64,000 nt of DNA from Candidatus Dormiibacterota bacterium (GCA_036276135.1 DATBEL010000096.1:387-64386), one strand, 5' to 3'. Positions 17,014 to 26,926 are shown, numbered from the stretch's first letter. Numbers and translations are program-made. Notes: generated by a model from the letters alone, not told the origin.

Positions 17014-18593
17014 CAGGCCCGACCCTGGACCGCGGCGAGTGACTCCTCCTCACCGCCGCTCTTGAGCTCGATCTGGCGCGCCCGACTCGGTAACAACCCA
17101 CCAGGACGCAACAGCATCATGGTGATCAGCGCGATGCCGTAGATGATGTAGGTGATCTTGCTGTAGTCGATGTTGGACAGGCTGGGGACGTTGATGGTCT
17201 GGCCGAGGGTGCCCGACCATTCGTTCAGGTTGGGCAGCACCCAGAAGATCACGAAGGTCAGCACGAAGCTGCCCGCGATGACGCCGGTGATGTTGCCGAT
17301 GCCGCCGAGCACGATGATGCTGAGGATCGAGACCGACACGGCGAACGCGAAGTCATCCGGTGAGACGATGGTGACGATCGACCCGTAGAAGGCTCCGGCG
17401 AAGCCGCTGATCGAAGCCCCGATGGCGAAGGCGAGCAACTTGGTGGAGGTGGTGTTGATGCCGGTGGCGGCGGCGGCGACCTCATCCTCGCGCAGCGCCA
17501 CCCACGCGCGTCCAACGCGCGAGCGCTCCAGGTTGCGTAAGAGGATGATCACGATGATCACCAGCACGAACAGTGCCCAGTAGTACCACTCCTTGTCGAT
17601 GCCGAAGTGGATCCCGAAGACGACTGGCTGATCGATCGATGAGATGCCGTCGGGACCACCGGTGAGGTTGCCCACGTTGTTGGTGGCGAGGTCGGGGATG
17701 ATCTCGCCGAACCCGAGGGTGACGATGGCGAGGTAGTCGCCCCGCAGTCGCAGGGTTGGAGCGCCCAGGACCGCGCCGAACATCGACGCCACTGCTGCGC
17801 CAAGGAAGATCAGCACCCACAGCGGCAGGTGGATGGAGTGCTTGGGTGAGGCCAGCGACGCGCACGTGTACGCCCCGATGGCGAAGAAGGCTGCGTAGCC
17901 GAGGTCGAGCAGCCCGGCGAAGCCGACCACGACATTCAGCCCCAGCGCCAGCAGCGTATAGATCGCCAGGGAGGCCGCCGCCCAGTAGATGAAGTTGGGG
18001 GCCTGGTGGAACATCAGCGGCAGCAACAGGCCGAAGGGAAGTCCGAGCGCGGCAAAGGCCACCGTCGGCCGGCGGATCACCCACCCCCTGGCGCCATACG
18101 CAACCGCCGCCGTGATGTAGCCGACCATGGTCAGCCATACCGCCGAGTCGGTGACGGTGCGAGGATGGATCGGACCGAAGAGCGGCTCCTCCTGGATCAC
18201 CCGCGTGAGCAGGAAGACGAGGACCGTCAAGGCCAGGCCGAGCACCCCGGCGACGGCGCGGGCCTTGTCGAATCGGCGCAGGTCGGGCAGCCTGCCGGAC
18301 CGAAAGACCAGCTCCAGCACCGGTGAGGCGACCAGGATCAGCATGGTCACCGCGAGGACGTACACCAGGAAGGTGCCGAAGCCCGTCGGGCTCGAGGTCA
18401 CCACGTCCATCGGGCTGAAACCAACGCCGCTCGATGTCGGCTGAACGAACCAGGGCAGCAGCCAACCCATCAGCAGGAGCAGCGATGAGCCGAGGCTGAA
18501 TATCCAGAACGTGCTCGTTCCCGAGCCACGTTGCGGCGATCCGGTCGTTGTCGCTGGCGGCCGCCCCAACCGGCCCAGGCCCAGCCTAGGCAC
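17013..18593 (-). CDS. livM: Branched-chain amino-acid ABC transporter permease (LivM type) with a ~180-aa N-terminal TM extension
   Basis: The core is LALGLNVVVGFAGLLDLGYAAFFAIGAY...LRGDYLAIVTLGFGEI. Four extra hydrophobic helices precede it. The start overlaps the livH end by 8 nt. Confidence 0.8.
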   Translation of the reverse strand: MPRLGLGRLGRPPATTTGSPQRGSGTSTFWIFSLGSSLLLLMGWLLPWFVQPTSSGVGFSPMDVVTSSPTGFGTFLVYVLAVTMLILVASPVLELVFRSGRLPDLRRFDKARAVAGVLGLALTVLVFLLTRVIQEEPLFGPIHPRTVTDSAVWLTMVGYITAAVAYGARGWVIRRPTVAFAALGLPFGLLLPLMFHQAPNFIYWAAASLAIYTLLALGLNVVVGFAGLLDLGYAAFFAIGAYTCASLASPKHSIHLPLWVLIFLGAAVASMFGAVLGAPTLRLRGDYLAIVTLGFGEIIPDLATNNVGNLTGGPDGISSIDQPVVFGIHFGIDKEWYYWALFVLVIIVIILLRNLERSRVGRAWVALREDEVAAAATGINTTSTKLLAFAIGASISGFAGAFYGSIVTIVSPDDFAFAVSVSILSIIVLGGIGNITGVIAGSFVLTFVIFWVLPNLNEWSGTLGQTINVPSLSNIDYSKITYIIYGIALITMMLLRPGGLLPSRARQIELKSGGEEESLAAVQGRA

Positions 18594-19752
18594 GGGTGGT
18601 CACGTCCACGCCGAACAGCCCAACCGGGCGGAAGGTGAGGATGATCACCAGGATCGCGAAGATCAGCGCGTCGCTCCATTCGCCGCCGGCGAGCGAGCCG
18701 CCGAAGACGTAGATGATCCCGATGATGAAGCCGCCGATCCCAGCACCGACGATGTTGCCGATGCCACCGAGAACGGCGGCGGTGAACGCGATGATCCCGA
18801 GCCGGTAGCCGAGGCTCCACTGGATCAGGTTGAAGTACATGCTGTAGACGATCGCCCCGGCCGCCGCCAGCGCGGAGCCGATGAAGAACGTCGCGGAGAT
18901 GGTCCGGTTGACGTTGATGCCACTGAGCAGCGAGGCGTTGCGGTCCTGGGCCGTGGCTCGCATCGCCTTGCCGAGCTTGGTGATGCGCACGAAGGCGCCG
19001 AGCGCGAACATGAGCCCGATGGCCATGCCCACGACCAGCAGGTCCTTCCAGTCCACCGTGATCTTGCCGATCGTGAAGGCGTGGCCGGTGATCCACGTCG
19101 ACAACCCCGTCGGCTTGTTGTCGGCGCCAAAGATCAGCAGCATCAACCCCTCGAGAAAGAATGACGCGCCGATCGCGGTGATCAGCGGCGCCACCCGCGG
19201 TGCATCTCGCAGCCGCCTGTAGGCGACGCGCTCGATGACCATGCCGGTGAGACCGGCGAAAGCCATGGTGATGGGAAAGAGAATGACCAGGGCGGCGAGC
19301 AGTCCCAACCCGCCTCCGGTGGCAAGGCTGCCGAGCGCCCCCCCGAAGAATCCCGCGATCAGGTAGGCATAGAAGCCCGAAAGGGTGAAGACGTCGCCAT
19401 GAGCGAAGTTGATGAGCTCGATGATCCCGTACACCATCGTGTACCCGACCGCCACCAGTGCGTAGATCGCGCCGAGGACGAGCGCGTTCTTGATCTGCTC
19501 ACCCATCAGGGTGAAGCCACCGTTGTGGTACACGCCGACGATGGAGGCGGCGATCGCGCCGAGCAGGATCCACGGAAAGTACTGCTGAATGAAGCCGTAC
19601 AGGCGGCGCAGCGCCACCATCGTCTGCACCAGCGCGGGGTTGGTCGCCGCGCCCCGGTGGCCTCGCGCCGAGAGCCCCAGCTGGTCGACCAGAGCGCCCT
19701 GTGCAACAGCTGTTCCGGCCCCGCCCCCTGCGACCGAGGTCTCATCGCTCAC
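18586..19752 (-). CDS. livH: Branched-chain amino-acid ABC transporter permease (LivH type)
   Basis: GTG 19752 follows GGGGGGTGG. The core is GAIYALVAVGYTMVYGIIELINFAHGD. An alternative ATG at 19620 would remove a ~44-aa leader. Confidence 0.8.
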   Translation of the reverse strand: MSDETSVAGGGAGTAVAQGALVDQLGLSARGHRGAATNPALVQTMVALRRLYGFIQQYFPWILLGAIAASIVGVYHNGGFTLMGEQIKNALVLGAIYALVAVGYTMVYGIIELINFAHGDVFTLSGFYAYLIAGFFGGALGSLATGGGLGLLAALVILFPITMAFAGLTGMVIERVAYRRLRDAPRVAPLITAIGASFFLEGLMLLIFGADNKPTGLSTWITGHAFTIGKITVDWKDLLVVGMAIGLMFALGAFVRITKLGKAMRATAQDRNASLLSGINVNRTISATFFIGSALAAAGAIVYSMYFNLIQWSLGYRLGIIAFTAAVLGGIGNIVGAGIGGFIIGIIYVFGGSLAGGEWSDALIFAILVIILTFRPVGLFGVDVTTRA

Positions 19753-19822
19753 GGTCCACCCCCCGTTACAGGCCTACCGAGCAGGGGAGGGCGCGCCGGG
19801 CGCCCTCCCCTGAGTTCTGGGA

Positions 19823-21121
19823 CTAGCTGGCGACGGTCACCTTGCCGCTGGCGTCGGCCGTGAGCAGCTCCTTGGGGGCCCACTTGCTCCCGCTGATGGT
19901 GTAGAGGCTGAACCCGGCGTGGGTCGTGTCGCCGTTCGTATCGAACGCGACGGTTCCGGTCGCTCCGGAGTAGTTCAGGCTGTGCAACTGCTGCACGACG
20001 TCGTCACGGAACGTCTGGGCGTCACTCGGGGGCTGGCCCCCGTTGCCCAGCAGCACCGCCTTGATCGCTGCGATCAGCGCGTTCATTGCGTCGAAGCCGT
20101 ACGGGGTGTACGGGCTCTCCGTGCCGTCCTCGTTGTAGGTCGACTTGAAGTCGGTGTAGAACTGGGTCGCGGTGGCCAGCTTGCTCGCGTCCGGCGCGCT
20201 GGTGACCTCCGAGCCTGCTGCATTCGAGCTTGCGTCGGTGATGAACTTGTCGTCCTGGCAGCCGTCACCTCCGAGCAGGGGTATGGAGGCCGGCATCTGG
20301 CTGCGGATGACCCCACAGCCGTTGCCCGAGGTGCCGCCGAAGAAGATCACCTGCGCTCCCTTGGACTGCGCATCGGAGATCTGGGTCTGGAACTGCTTGG
20401 TCGCACCGGGCAGGCTGGCGCTGCCGACGACGGTGCCGCCGTCCTGGACGAAGTACTTCTTGAAGAAGGTGGCGAGACCCCGGCCGTAGGTCTCCTGGTC
20501 ATCGATCACGTAGGCCTTGGTGTACTTCAGCTCGGTGGTGGCCACGTACGAGAGGATCTGGCCCTGGGTGATGTCGGTGCCGATGGTGCGGAAGTAGGTG
20601 TGCGCTCCCGGGTACAGCGAGGCTGTGTTGACATCGGGGTTGGTACCCGCCTGGGTCAAGCCCGGGTTGGTGTTCGAGGGGCTGATCAGCGCGAGGTGGT
20701 TCTGGCTTGCCACCGGGATCTCGGCGACCGCAACGCTCGAGTTGAACGGTCCGACCACACCGACGACGGACTGATCGCTCGCCAGCGCGGTGATGTTGGC
20801 CGCGCCCTGGGCTGGGTCGTGCCCGTTCTTGAGCACGGTGGCGTCATCCTTGCTGGTGTACTTGAGGGTGCAGCCGCCCAGCGTCTTCTTGGCGTTGGCC
20901 TGGGTCACGGCGAGGTGGGCAGCCTTCTCGACGGGCGGTCCGTCGGTGGCGTCACCGCCGGTGAGAGGTAGATCCGAGGCCACCGAGATTGTGCCCTGGC
21001 AGGAGGCAAGGCTTCCGCCGCCACCTCCGGACGCTGAGGGGCCGCTGGAAGTGCCGCACGCCGACAGCGCAGCGATCCCCACGACACCGAAGATGGGCAG
21101 CAACCGTTTGGTCAGGATCAT
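19823..21121 (-). CDS. ABC transporter substrate-binding lipoprotein (Leu/Ile/Val-binding family)
   Basis: ATG 21121 follows GGAGAG (the track start at 21133 is TTG). A signal peptide with the lipobox LSACG precedes a type-I periplasmic binding fold pattern (GVVGPFNSS, VIFFGGTSG). Confidence 0.8.
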   Translation of the reverse strand: MILTKRLLPIFGVVGIAALSACGTSSGPSASGGGGGSLASCQGTISVASDLPLTGGDATDGPPVEKAAHLAVTQANAKKTLGGCTLKYTSKDDATVLKNGHDPAQGAANITALASDQSVVGVVGPFNSSVAVAEIPVASQNHLALISPSNTNPGLTQAGTNPDVNTASLYPGAHTYFRTIGTDITQGQILSYVATTELKYTKAYVIDDQETYGRGLATFFKKYFVQDGGTVVGSASLPGATKQFQTQISDAQSKGAQVIFFGGTSGNGCGVIRSQMPASIPLLGGDGCQDDKFITDASSNAAGSEVTSAPDASKLATATQFYTDFKSTYNEDGTESPYTPYGFDAMNALIAAIKAVLLGNGGQPPSDAQTFRDDVVQQLHSLNYSGATGTVAFDTNGDTTHAGFSLYTISGSKWAPKELLTADASGKVTVAS

Positions 21122-21156
21122 GAAACTCTCCAAGACTGGTGAACAAGTGGTGTGCT

Positions 21157-21186
21157 TATCTACACGCCACAGGGGATAACTGTCAA
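21157..21186 (-). promoter_or_regulatory. Putative sigma-70-type promoter of the liv operon
   Basis: On the minus strand, TTGACA (21181-21186) is followed by an 18-nt spacer and then TAGATA (21157-21162). This lies ~35 nt upstream of the livJ-type start. Confidence 0.45.
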
Positions 21187-21292
21187 ACCGCCGGGTGTTT
21201 GGACAACGTCTGTCCGGGCGGACAACGGCGTGGATTCATCAACAGAAGCAAAGCGATGTTCAGGATAGTGCACCTGAGAGGGAGTTGACAGG

Positions 21293-21979
21293 ATGGCGGC
21301 GATCGTGGCGTCCGCGGTCAGTGCCATGTTCGCCTGGGTGGTCTTCACCCGGTTCACCCGCTCCCGCCGCCCCGCTTTCGCCGCGTGGACGGCGGGGCTG
21401 CTCATCTTCGCCGGGGCCGCCGGCTGTCAGGCGGCCGGCGAGCATCTCGGTTTCAACGCCCCGCTCTTCCGCGCGTTCTACCTCCTCGGCGGCGTGCTCG
21501 GGGTGATCTGGCTGTCGATGGGCACGCTGTTCCTCCAGGCCCCCCGGCGGGTGGCCCTTGCCGCGACCATCGTCCTGCTCGTCGCGACCCTCGCCCTGGC
21601 CATCGATGCCGCCGTCGAGCCCGTCGACACCTCCCGGCTGGGCACTGCCGCCGGCGTCCTCGGTGACGCCATCTCGTCGGGCTCGGCCCTCCACCTCGGC
21701 GCTGTCATCCTCAACATCCTCGGCACGCTGATCCTGGTCGGCGGGTCCGCATGGTCGGCGTACCGGTTGTTGCGCGATCGCGGTGGTGTGGATCGTGTCG
21801 TGTGCAATGTTCTCCTGACGCTCGGCGCACTGGTGATCGCCGCCGGTTTCAGCGCCGCGAAGATCGCCGGAGGCTCGCTCGACAGCCTGGGGGTGTACGA
21901 GGCGCTCGGCATCACGGTGATGTTCGTCGGTTTCCTCAGCCTCGGCAGGTTCAAGCCCGCGCCCTCACCCTCCGGTTGA
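21293..21979 (+). CDS. Hypothetical polytopic membrane protein
   Basis: ATG follows GAGGGAG. Six or seven hydrophobic helices. No family recognised. Confidence 0.6.
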   Translation: MAAIVASAVSAMFAWVVFTRFTRSRRPAFAAWTAGLLIFAGAAGCQAAGEHLGFNAPLFRAFYLLGGVLGVIWLSMGTLFLQAPRRVALAATIVLLVATLALAIDAAVEPVDTSRLGTAAGVLGDAISSGSALHLGAVILNILGTLILVGGSAWSAYRLLRDRGGVDRVVCNVLLTLGALVIAAGFSAAKIAGGSLDSLGVYEALGITVMFVGFLSLGRFKPAPSPSG

Positions 21980-22067
21980 GTCTGTCCCATGGATCGAAGG
22001 GAGTCGCTACGCTGCGGTCTGCCGCGCGCCGGGGAGAGACCGCGGACCATCAATGAGGAGGAACGCG

Positions 22068-23381
22068 GTGACCGACCTTGCCGTCAGGAGGGGTGAGAGC
22101 GCCGGGCTCTGGCGTGAACGCGACGCGGAGCTGATCTCGCCCGCGTACAGCAGGTACTCCGACCTGGTCGTCGATCACGCGCTGGGCGCGCACCTCTTCA
22201 CCGTTGACGGCCGCGACGTGCTCGATTTCGGCAGCGGGATCGGCGTCACCAACCTGGGCCACCTCCATCCCGCAGTCGTGAAGGCGGTGCACGAGCAGGT
22301 GGACCGTCTCTGGCACACCTCGGTGACCACACTCAGCCCGCGCATGATCGAGGCCGCCGCCGCACTCGTCAGCGTCGCGCCCGACGGGCTCGATCAGGTT
22401 TTCCTCACCAACAGCGGCGCCGAGGCCGTCGAGTCGAGCATCAAGCTCGCCCGCCGCGCCACCGGTCGAACCGAGATCATCGCCTTCACCGGGGCTTTCC
22501 ACGGCCGCACCTATGGGGCGATCACGCTGACCGCCAGCAAGGCGAAGTACCGCGAGGGCATGGGGCCGTTCCTGCCCGGCGTGCACCACGTTCGCTATCC
22601 GCACTGCTATCGCCACTGCGAGCACGCTGCCGGCGACCCCTGTCCGATCGCCCGCGGTGAGGAGATCGAACACCTCTTCAAGACAACCGTCCCCGCGGAT
22701 TCGGTGGCCGCCATCGTGGTCGAGCCGCTCCAGGGGGAGGGGGGGTTCGTCGTGCCTCCCGCCGATTTCCTGCCGCGGCTGCGTCAGATCTGCGACCAGA
22801 ACGGCATCCTGCTGGTCTGTGACGAGGTGCAGAGCGGTTTCGGCAGGACCGGGAGGTTCTTCTGCGTAGAGCACACCGGCGTGCGGCCGGACATCATGTG
22901 CGTGGCCAAGGCCTTCGGCAACGGGCTGCCGATCGCCGGCGTGGTGGCGACGCACGCGGTGATGTCATCGTGGCGGCCGGGCGAGCACGGCACCACCTAC
23001 GGAGGCAACGCGGTGGCCTGCGCGGCTGCGGTCGCGGTCATCGAGACCATGAAGCGCGAGCGCATTCCCGAGCGTGCCGCCGCCCTGGGCAAGACGGTGC
23101 TCGAGCGCCTGCGCGGCTGGCGTGACGAGTTCGCCGAGGTGGGCGACGTGCGCGGGCTCGGGATGATGATCGGCATCGAGTTCACGCGCGACGGCAACCC
23201 GGCACCCGACGTGGCGGCCGGTGTGCAGCGACGATGCGTGGCCGCCGACCTGCTCATCCTCACCTGTGGTGTCGACGACAACGTGGTGCGTCTGCTGCCG
23301 CCGCTGACAATCGACGAGAGCGAACTGCGCCGCGGTGTCGACATCCTCGAACAGTGCGTTCGTGATGAGGTGGCCCGATGA
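22068..23381 (+). CDS. Class-III PLP aminotransferase (4-aminobutyrate aminotransferase-like)
   Basis: GTG 22068 lies 6 nt after AGGAGG (ATG 22053 is the alternative). Motifs are [22 protein letters not shown] and [12 protein letters not shown]. Confidence 0.85.
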   Translation: MTDLAVRRGESAGLWRERDAELISPAYSRYSDLVVDHALGAHLFTVDGRDVLDFGSGIGVTNLGHLHPAVVKAVHEQVDRLWHTSVTTLSPRMIEAAAALVSVAPDGLDQVFLTNSGAEAVESSIKLARRATGRTEIIAFTGAFHGRTYGAITLTASKAKYREGMGPFLPGVHHVRYPHCYRHCEHAAGDPCPIARGEEIEHLFKTTVPADSVAAIVVEPLQGEGGFVVPPADFLPRLRQICDQNGILLVCDEVQSGFGRTGRFFCVEHTGVRPDIMCVAKAFGNGLPIAGVVATHAVMSSWRPGEHGTTYGGNAVACAAAVAVIETMKRERIPERAAALGKTVLERLRGWRDEFAEVGDVRGLGMMIGIEFTRDGNPAPDVAAGVQRRCVAADLLILTCGVDDNVVRLLPPLTIDESELRRGVDILEQCVRDEVAR

Positions 23382-24886
23382 TCAGTGAGCGCGAAGCAGT
23401 CCACGCCGGCAACCTGATCGGTGGGGAGTGGCGCGACGCGGCGAGCGGACGCACGTTCGAATCGCGCAACCCAGCGCGGCACGGCGATGTCGTCGGCGTG
23501 TTCGCGCAGAGCTCGTCAGCCGATATCGATGCCGCCGTCGCGGCCGCGCAGCGCGCCCTGCCCGGCTGGCGGGCCACCCCGTGGCCACGCCGCGGCGAGA
23601 TCATCCTGGCAGCCGCGACGATCATGGAGGAGCGCAAGGAGCAGCTCGCGCACCTGATGACCCGCGAGATGGGCAAGGTGCTCACCGAGGCACGCGGTGA
23701 CGTGCAGGAAGCCATCGACATGGGCAAGTTCATCGCCGGGGAAGGGCGCCGAGCGTTCGGCGAGACGGTGCCGAGCGAGCTGCGCAACAAGTGGGCGATG
23801 ACGATGCGGCAGCCGCTGGGCGTGATCGGCTGCATCACCCCGTGGAACTTCCCGATCGCCATCCCCTCGTGGAAGATCTTCCCCGCCGTCATGGCGGGCA
23901 ACACGGTGGTGTTCAAGCCGGCGGAGGACACGCCGCTCTGTGCGCTGCGCTTCGTCGAGATCCTCCTCGAGGCCGGCCTCCCGGCCGGTGTCGTCAACGT
24001 CGTCTTCGGCGACCACGAGGCCGGTGAGGCCGTGGTGCGTCATCCGGGGACCGCCGCCATCTTCTTCACGGGCAGCGCCGACACCGGGCGCGTCATCGCC
24101 GCCACGTGCGGCCAGATGCTCAAGAAGGTGTCGCTCGAGCTCGGCGGCAAGAACGGCATCGTGGTGCTCGACGATGCCGACCTGGAGCTCGCGGTGGAGG
24201 GGGCGCTGTGGGGCGCGTTCGGCACGGCCGGGCAGCGATGCACCGCCTCGTCGCGACTGATCGTCGCCAACGGCGTGCTGCCCCAGTTCACCGAGGAGCT
24301 CGTCGCTCGGACGCGTGCGCTGCGCATCGGCGACGGGCTCGACGATGCGGTCGATGTCGGCCCGGTGATCAACGAGACCCAGCTCAATCGCATCCACGGG
24401 TACACCGAGATCGGCGTGCAGGAGGGCGCGCAGCTTCTGGTCGGCGGCGAGGTGGCCCGCGACGGCGACCTCGCCGAGGGCTTCTTCTACACGCCGACCG
24501 TGTTCGGCAGTGTGGCGCCGTCGATGCGCATCGCCCAGGAGGAGATCTTCGGGCCGACCACTGCCATCATCCCGGTCGACTCGCTCGACGGCGCCATCGC
24601 GGCTGCCAACTCAACACAGTTCGGCCTGAGCCTCAGCGTCTACACCAACGATCTCCGTGTCGCCTTCCGCGCCATCCACGAGCTGGAGGCCGGCATCGTC
24701 TACGTCAACGCCCCGACCATCGGCGCCGAGATCCAGCTTCCATTCGGTGGTACCAAGAACACCGGCAACGGGCATCGCGAGGCCGGTGGTCACGCGCTCG
24801 ACGAGTTCAGCGAATGGAAGTCGATCTACATCGATTACAGCGGGCGGCTGCAGCGCGCGCAGATCGACACCGACGCCCAGCAGTAG
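23378..24886 (+). CDS. NAD(P)-dependent aldehyde dehydrogenase
   Basis: The ATG overlaps the upstream stop (ATGA). Motifs are [27 protein letters not shown] (catalytic Cys) and EEIFGP. Confidence 0.9.
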   Translation: MISEREAVHAGNLIGGEWRDAASGRTFESRNPARHGDVVGVFAQSSSADIDAAVAAAQRALPGWRATPWPRRGEIILAAATIMEERKEQLAHLMTREMGKVLTEARGDVQEAIDMGKFIAGEGRRAFGETVPSELRNKWAMTMRQPLGVIGCITPWNFPIAIPSWKIFPAVMAGNTVVFKPAEDTPLCALRFVEILLEAGLPAGVVNVVFGDHEAGEAVVRHPGTAAIFFTGSADTGRVIAATCGQMLKKVSLELGGKNGIVVLDDADLELAVEGALWGAFGTAGQRCTASSRLIVANGVLPQFTEELVARTRALRIGDGLDDAVDVGPVINETQLNRIHGYTEIGVQEGAQLLVGGEVARDGDLAEGFFYTPTVFGSVAPSMRIAQEEIFGPTTAIIPVDSLDGAIAAANSTQFGLSLSVYTNDLRVAFRAIHELEAGIVYVNAPTIGAEIQLPFGGTKNTGNGHREAGGHALDEFSEWKSIYIDYSGRLQRAQIDTDAQQ

Positions 24887-24892
24887 ACCCTG

Positions 24893-25753
24893 ATGGCGCA
24901 GCTCGAAGAACGTCACACCAACCACGCCGGACGGCGCGTGCGCTACCTCGTCGGCGGTGCCGGGCCGCCGATGGTGCTCTGCCATGGCTTCCTCGGCTCG
25001 GCCGAGAACTTCGAGACGTGGTTCGACGAGCTCAGCCAGGTCAGGACGCTGGTGATACCCGACCTGCCCGGCTGCGGCGCCTCGCCGCCGCTGCACCGCG
25101 CTCGGCACAGCGCCGGACGGCTCGCCGGCGCTGTCGACGCCGTGTGCCGCGACGCCGGGGTCGAGGAGTACGACATCGCAGGTCTCTGCCTCGGGGTGTC
25201 GGTGGCCATGGCGCTCCTGCAGCGTCGGCCATCCGCGGTCCGGAGGATGGTGCTGCACACGCCCCTGCTGGCGCCGGCGCTGGTTCGCCACCGCTTCCAC
25301 CTGCAGGTTCGCGGCTTCATGGCACCTGGCATCTTCCCCGCGATCACCTGGCTGAGCCGGCGCCGGGTGGTCAGCGACCTGTACAAACGGCTGCTCGTCG
25401 AAGGTGCCGACGTCGACAGGGCTGCCGCGGAGATGAACTTCCGCAACCAGCTTCGCGCCGAGCCTCGCGCCATTCGCGAGTGGCTCCTGGACGGGCTGGC
25501 CCGTGACGACGTCGCCCTGCTGCGCAACTCGCGGCGGCAGGCGCTCATCATCGTGGCCGCCGACGACCGCATCGTCGACGTCCCGCTGCTGCGCCGTACC
25601 GTCGCCGACATGGACACCGTGCAACTCGTCGAGGTGGTGGACGCCGGGCACGGCTGGACCGAGTCGTACGTACGGCGCCAGCTCGAGCTGATCACGGCCT
25701 TCCTGAGCGACATCCCGCTCCCCGTCGCCACGTCGACCGCGCAGGTCGCCTGA
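24893..25753 (+). CDS. Alpha/beta-fold hydrolase with Cys at the nucleophile elbow
   Basis: Oxyanion-region motif HGFLGS. The nucleophile elbow reads AGLCLGVS (Cys99, codon TGC 25187-25189) instead of GxSxG. Later Asp (VAADDRIV) and His (DAGHGW) residues are present. Confidence 0.75.
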   Translation: MAQLEERHTNHAGRRVRYLVGGAGPPMVLCHGFLGSAENFETWFDELSQVRTLVIPDLPGCGASPPLHRARHSAGRLAGAVDAVCRDAGVEEYDIAGLCLGVSVAMALLQRRPSAVRRMVLHTPLLAPALVRHRFHLQVRGFMAPGIFPAITWLSRRRVVSDLYKRLLVEGADVDRAAAEMNFRNQLRAEPRAIREWLLDGLARDDVALLRNSRRQALIIVAADDRIVDVPLLRRTVADMDTVQLVEVVDAGHGWTESYVRRQLELITAFLSDIPLPVATSTAQVA

Positions 25754-25757
25754 GTCG

Positions 25758-26906
25758 GTGACCGAGCTGCCGGCCAGCGCCGAGTGCGTGGTCATCGGCG
25801 GTGGAGTGGTCGGCTGCAGCCTCGCCTATCACCTCGCTCGCGCCGGGGTGCGGCCGCTGCTGCTGGAGCGCGGCGATTTCGGTGCCGGGTCGACCGCGCG
25901 TGGCGCCGGTGGCGTCCGCCAGCAATTCGGCACCGAGATCAACGTGCGCGTCGGCATGCTCAGCAGGCAACTCCTCGACCGGTTCGGCGACGAGGTTGGC
26001 GCGACCGCCGACCTCCGCCAGATCGGTTACCTGTTCATCGCCACACAGCCGGAGCAGATGTCGCAGTTCGAGCGCAACGTCGCCATGCAGCACGCGGTCG
26101 GCCTGCACGACGTCCGGCTGGTTTCGTGCGATGACATCGCCGCCCTGGTCCCGGAGTTGAACCTGACCGACGTGCTGGGCGGAACGTATTGCCCGAGCGA
26201 TGGCCTCGCCGGTCCCAACGAGGTCACCTCCGGGTACGTCGCGGCAGCGCGAAGGTACGGCGCCCAGGTGTTCGAGGGGGTCGATGTGGAGACGATCGAG
26301 AGGGACGGCGAGCGCGTGGCGGCGGTGATCGCCCGCGGGACGCGCATCGCCACACCGATGGTGGTGAACTGTGCCGGCCCGTACGCCGCCGGCATCGGGC
26401 GCATGGCCGGCGTCGACGTGCCGGTGAAGCCCTTTCGCAGGCACATCTTCGTAACCGAGGAGTTCGCGCTGAAGCGCGACCCGCCGTTCACAGTCGATGC
26501 TCGCACGTCGTTCTACTTTCACCCGGAGGGCAACGGCATGCTGCTGGGCATGAGTGACCCGGCCGAGCCGTCGTCGTTCGACACCAGCGTCGACTGGGGC
26601 TTCCTCGAGCACCTCGTCGAGCATGCAACCCACCGTCTGCCCATCCTGGAGCGAGCGGCGATCAAGACCGGCTGGGCGGGCCTGTACGAGGTGTCACCGG
26701 ACAACCAGGCCCTGGTCGGGGAATCCGAGCTCCACGGGTTCTGGCTCTGCTGTGGTTTCAGCGGTCATGGCTTCATGCAGGCGCCGGCGGTGGGGTTGCT
26801 GCTCGCGCAGGAGATCACCGGCAGCCGGCCGGACATCGACCTCTCGCCGTTCCGTCCCGACCGTTTCGCGCAGGGTCAGAGCACCCCCGAGACCGCGATC
26901 ATCTGA
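25758..26906 (+). CDS. FAD-dependent oxidoreductase (DAO / sarcosine-oxidase-beta-like)
   Basis: GTG start. VIGGGVVGCSLAYHLA (GxGxxG), GAGGVRQQF and CGFSGHGFMQAP. Confidence 0.8.
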   Translation: MTELPASAECVVIGGGVVGCSLAYHLARAGVRPLLLERGDFGAGSTARGAGGVRQQFGTEINVRVGMLSRQLLDRFGDEVGATADLRQIGYLFIATQPEQMSQFERNVAMQHAVGLHDVRLVSCDDIAALVPELNLTDVLGGTYCPSDGLAGPNEVTSGYVAAARRYGAQVFEGVDVETIERDGERVAAVIARGTRIATPMVVNCAGPYAAGIGRMAGVDVPVKPFRRHIFVTEEFALKRDPPFTVDARTSFYFHPEGNGMLLGMSDPAEPSSFDTSVDWGFLEHLVEHATHRLPILERAAIKTGWAGLYEVSPDNQALVGESELHGFWLCCGFSGHGFMQAPAVGLLLAQEITGSRPDIDLSPFRPDRFAQGQSTPETAII

Positions 26907-26926
26907 GCTCCGTGCAGACGCCCAGG

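Noticed and set aside
21160-21405. 81-aa minus-strand ORF spanning the liv promoter region and the start of the membrane-protein gene
   Set aside because: It overlaps the predicted promoter and the 5' end of a well-supported plus-strand gene. It has no SD and no recognisable features.
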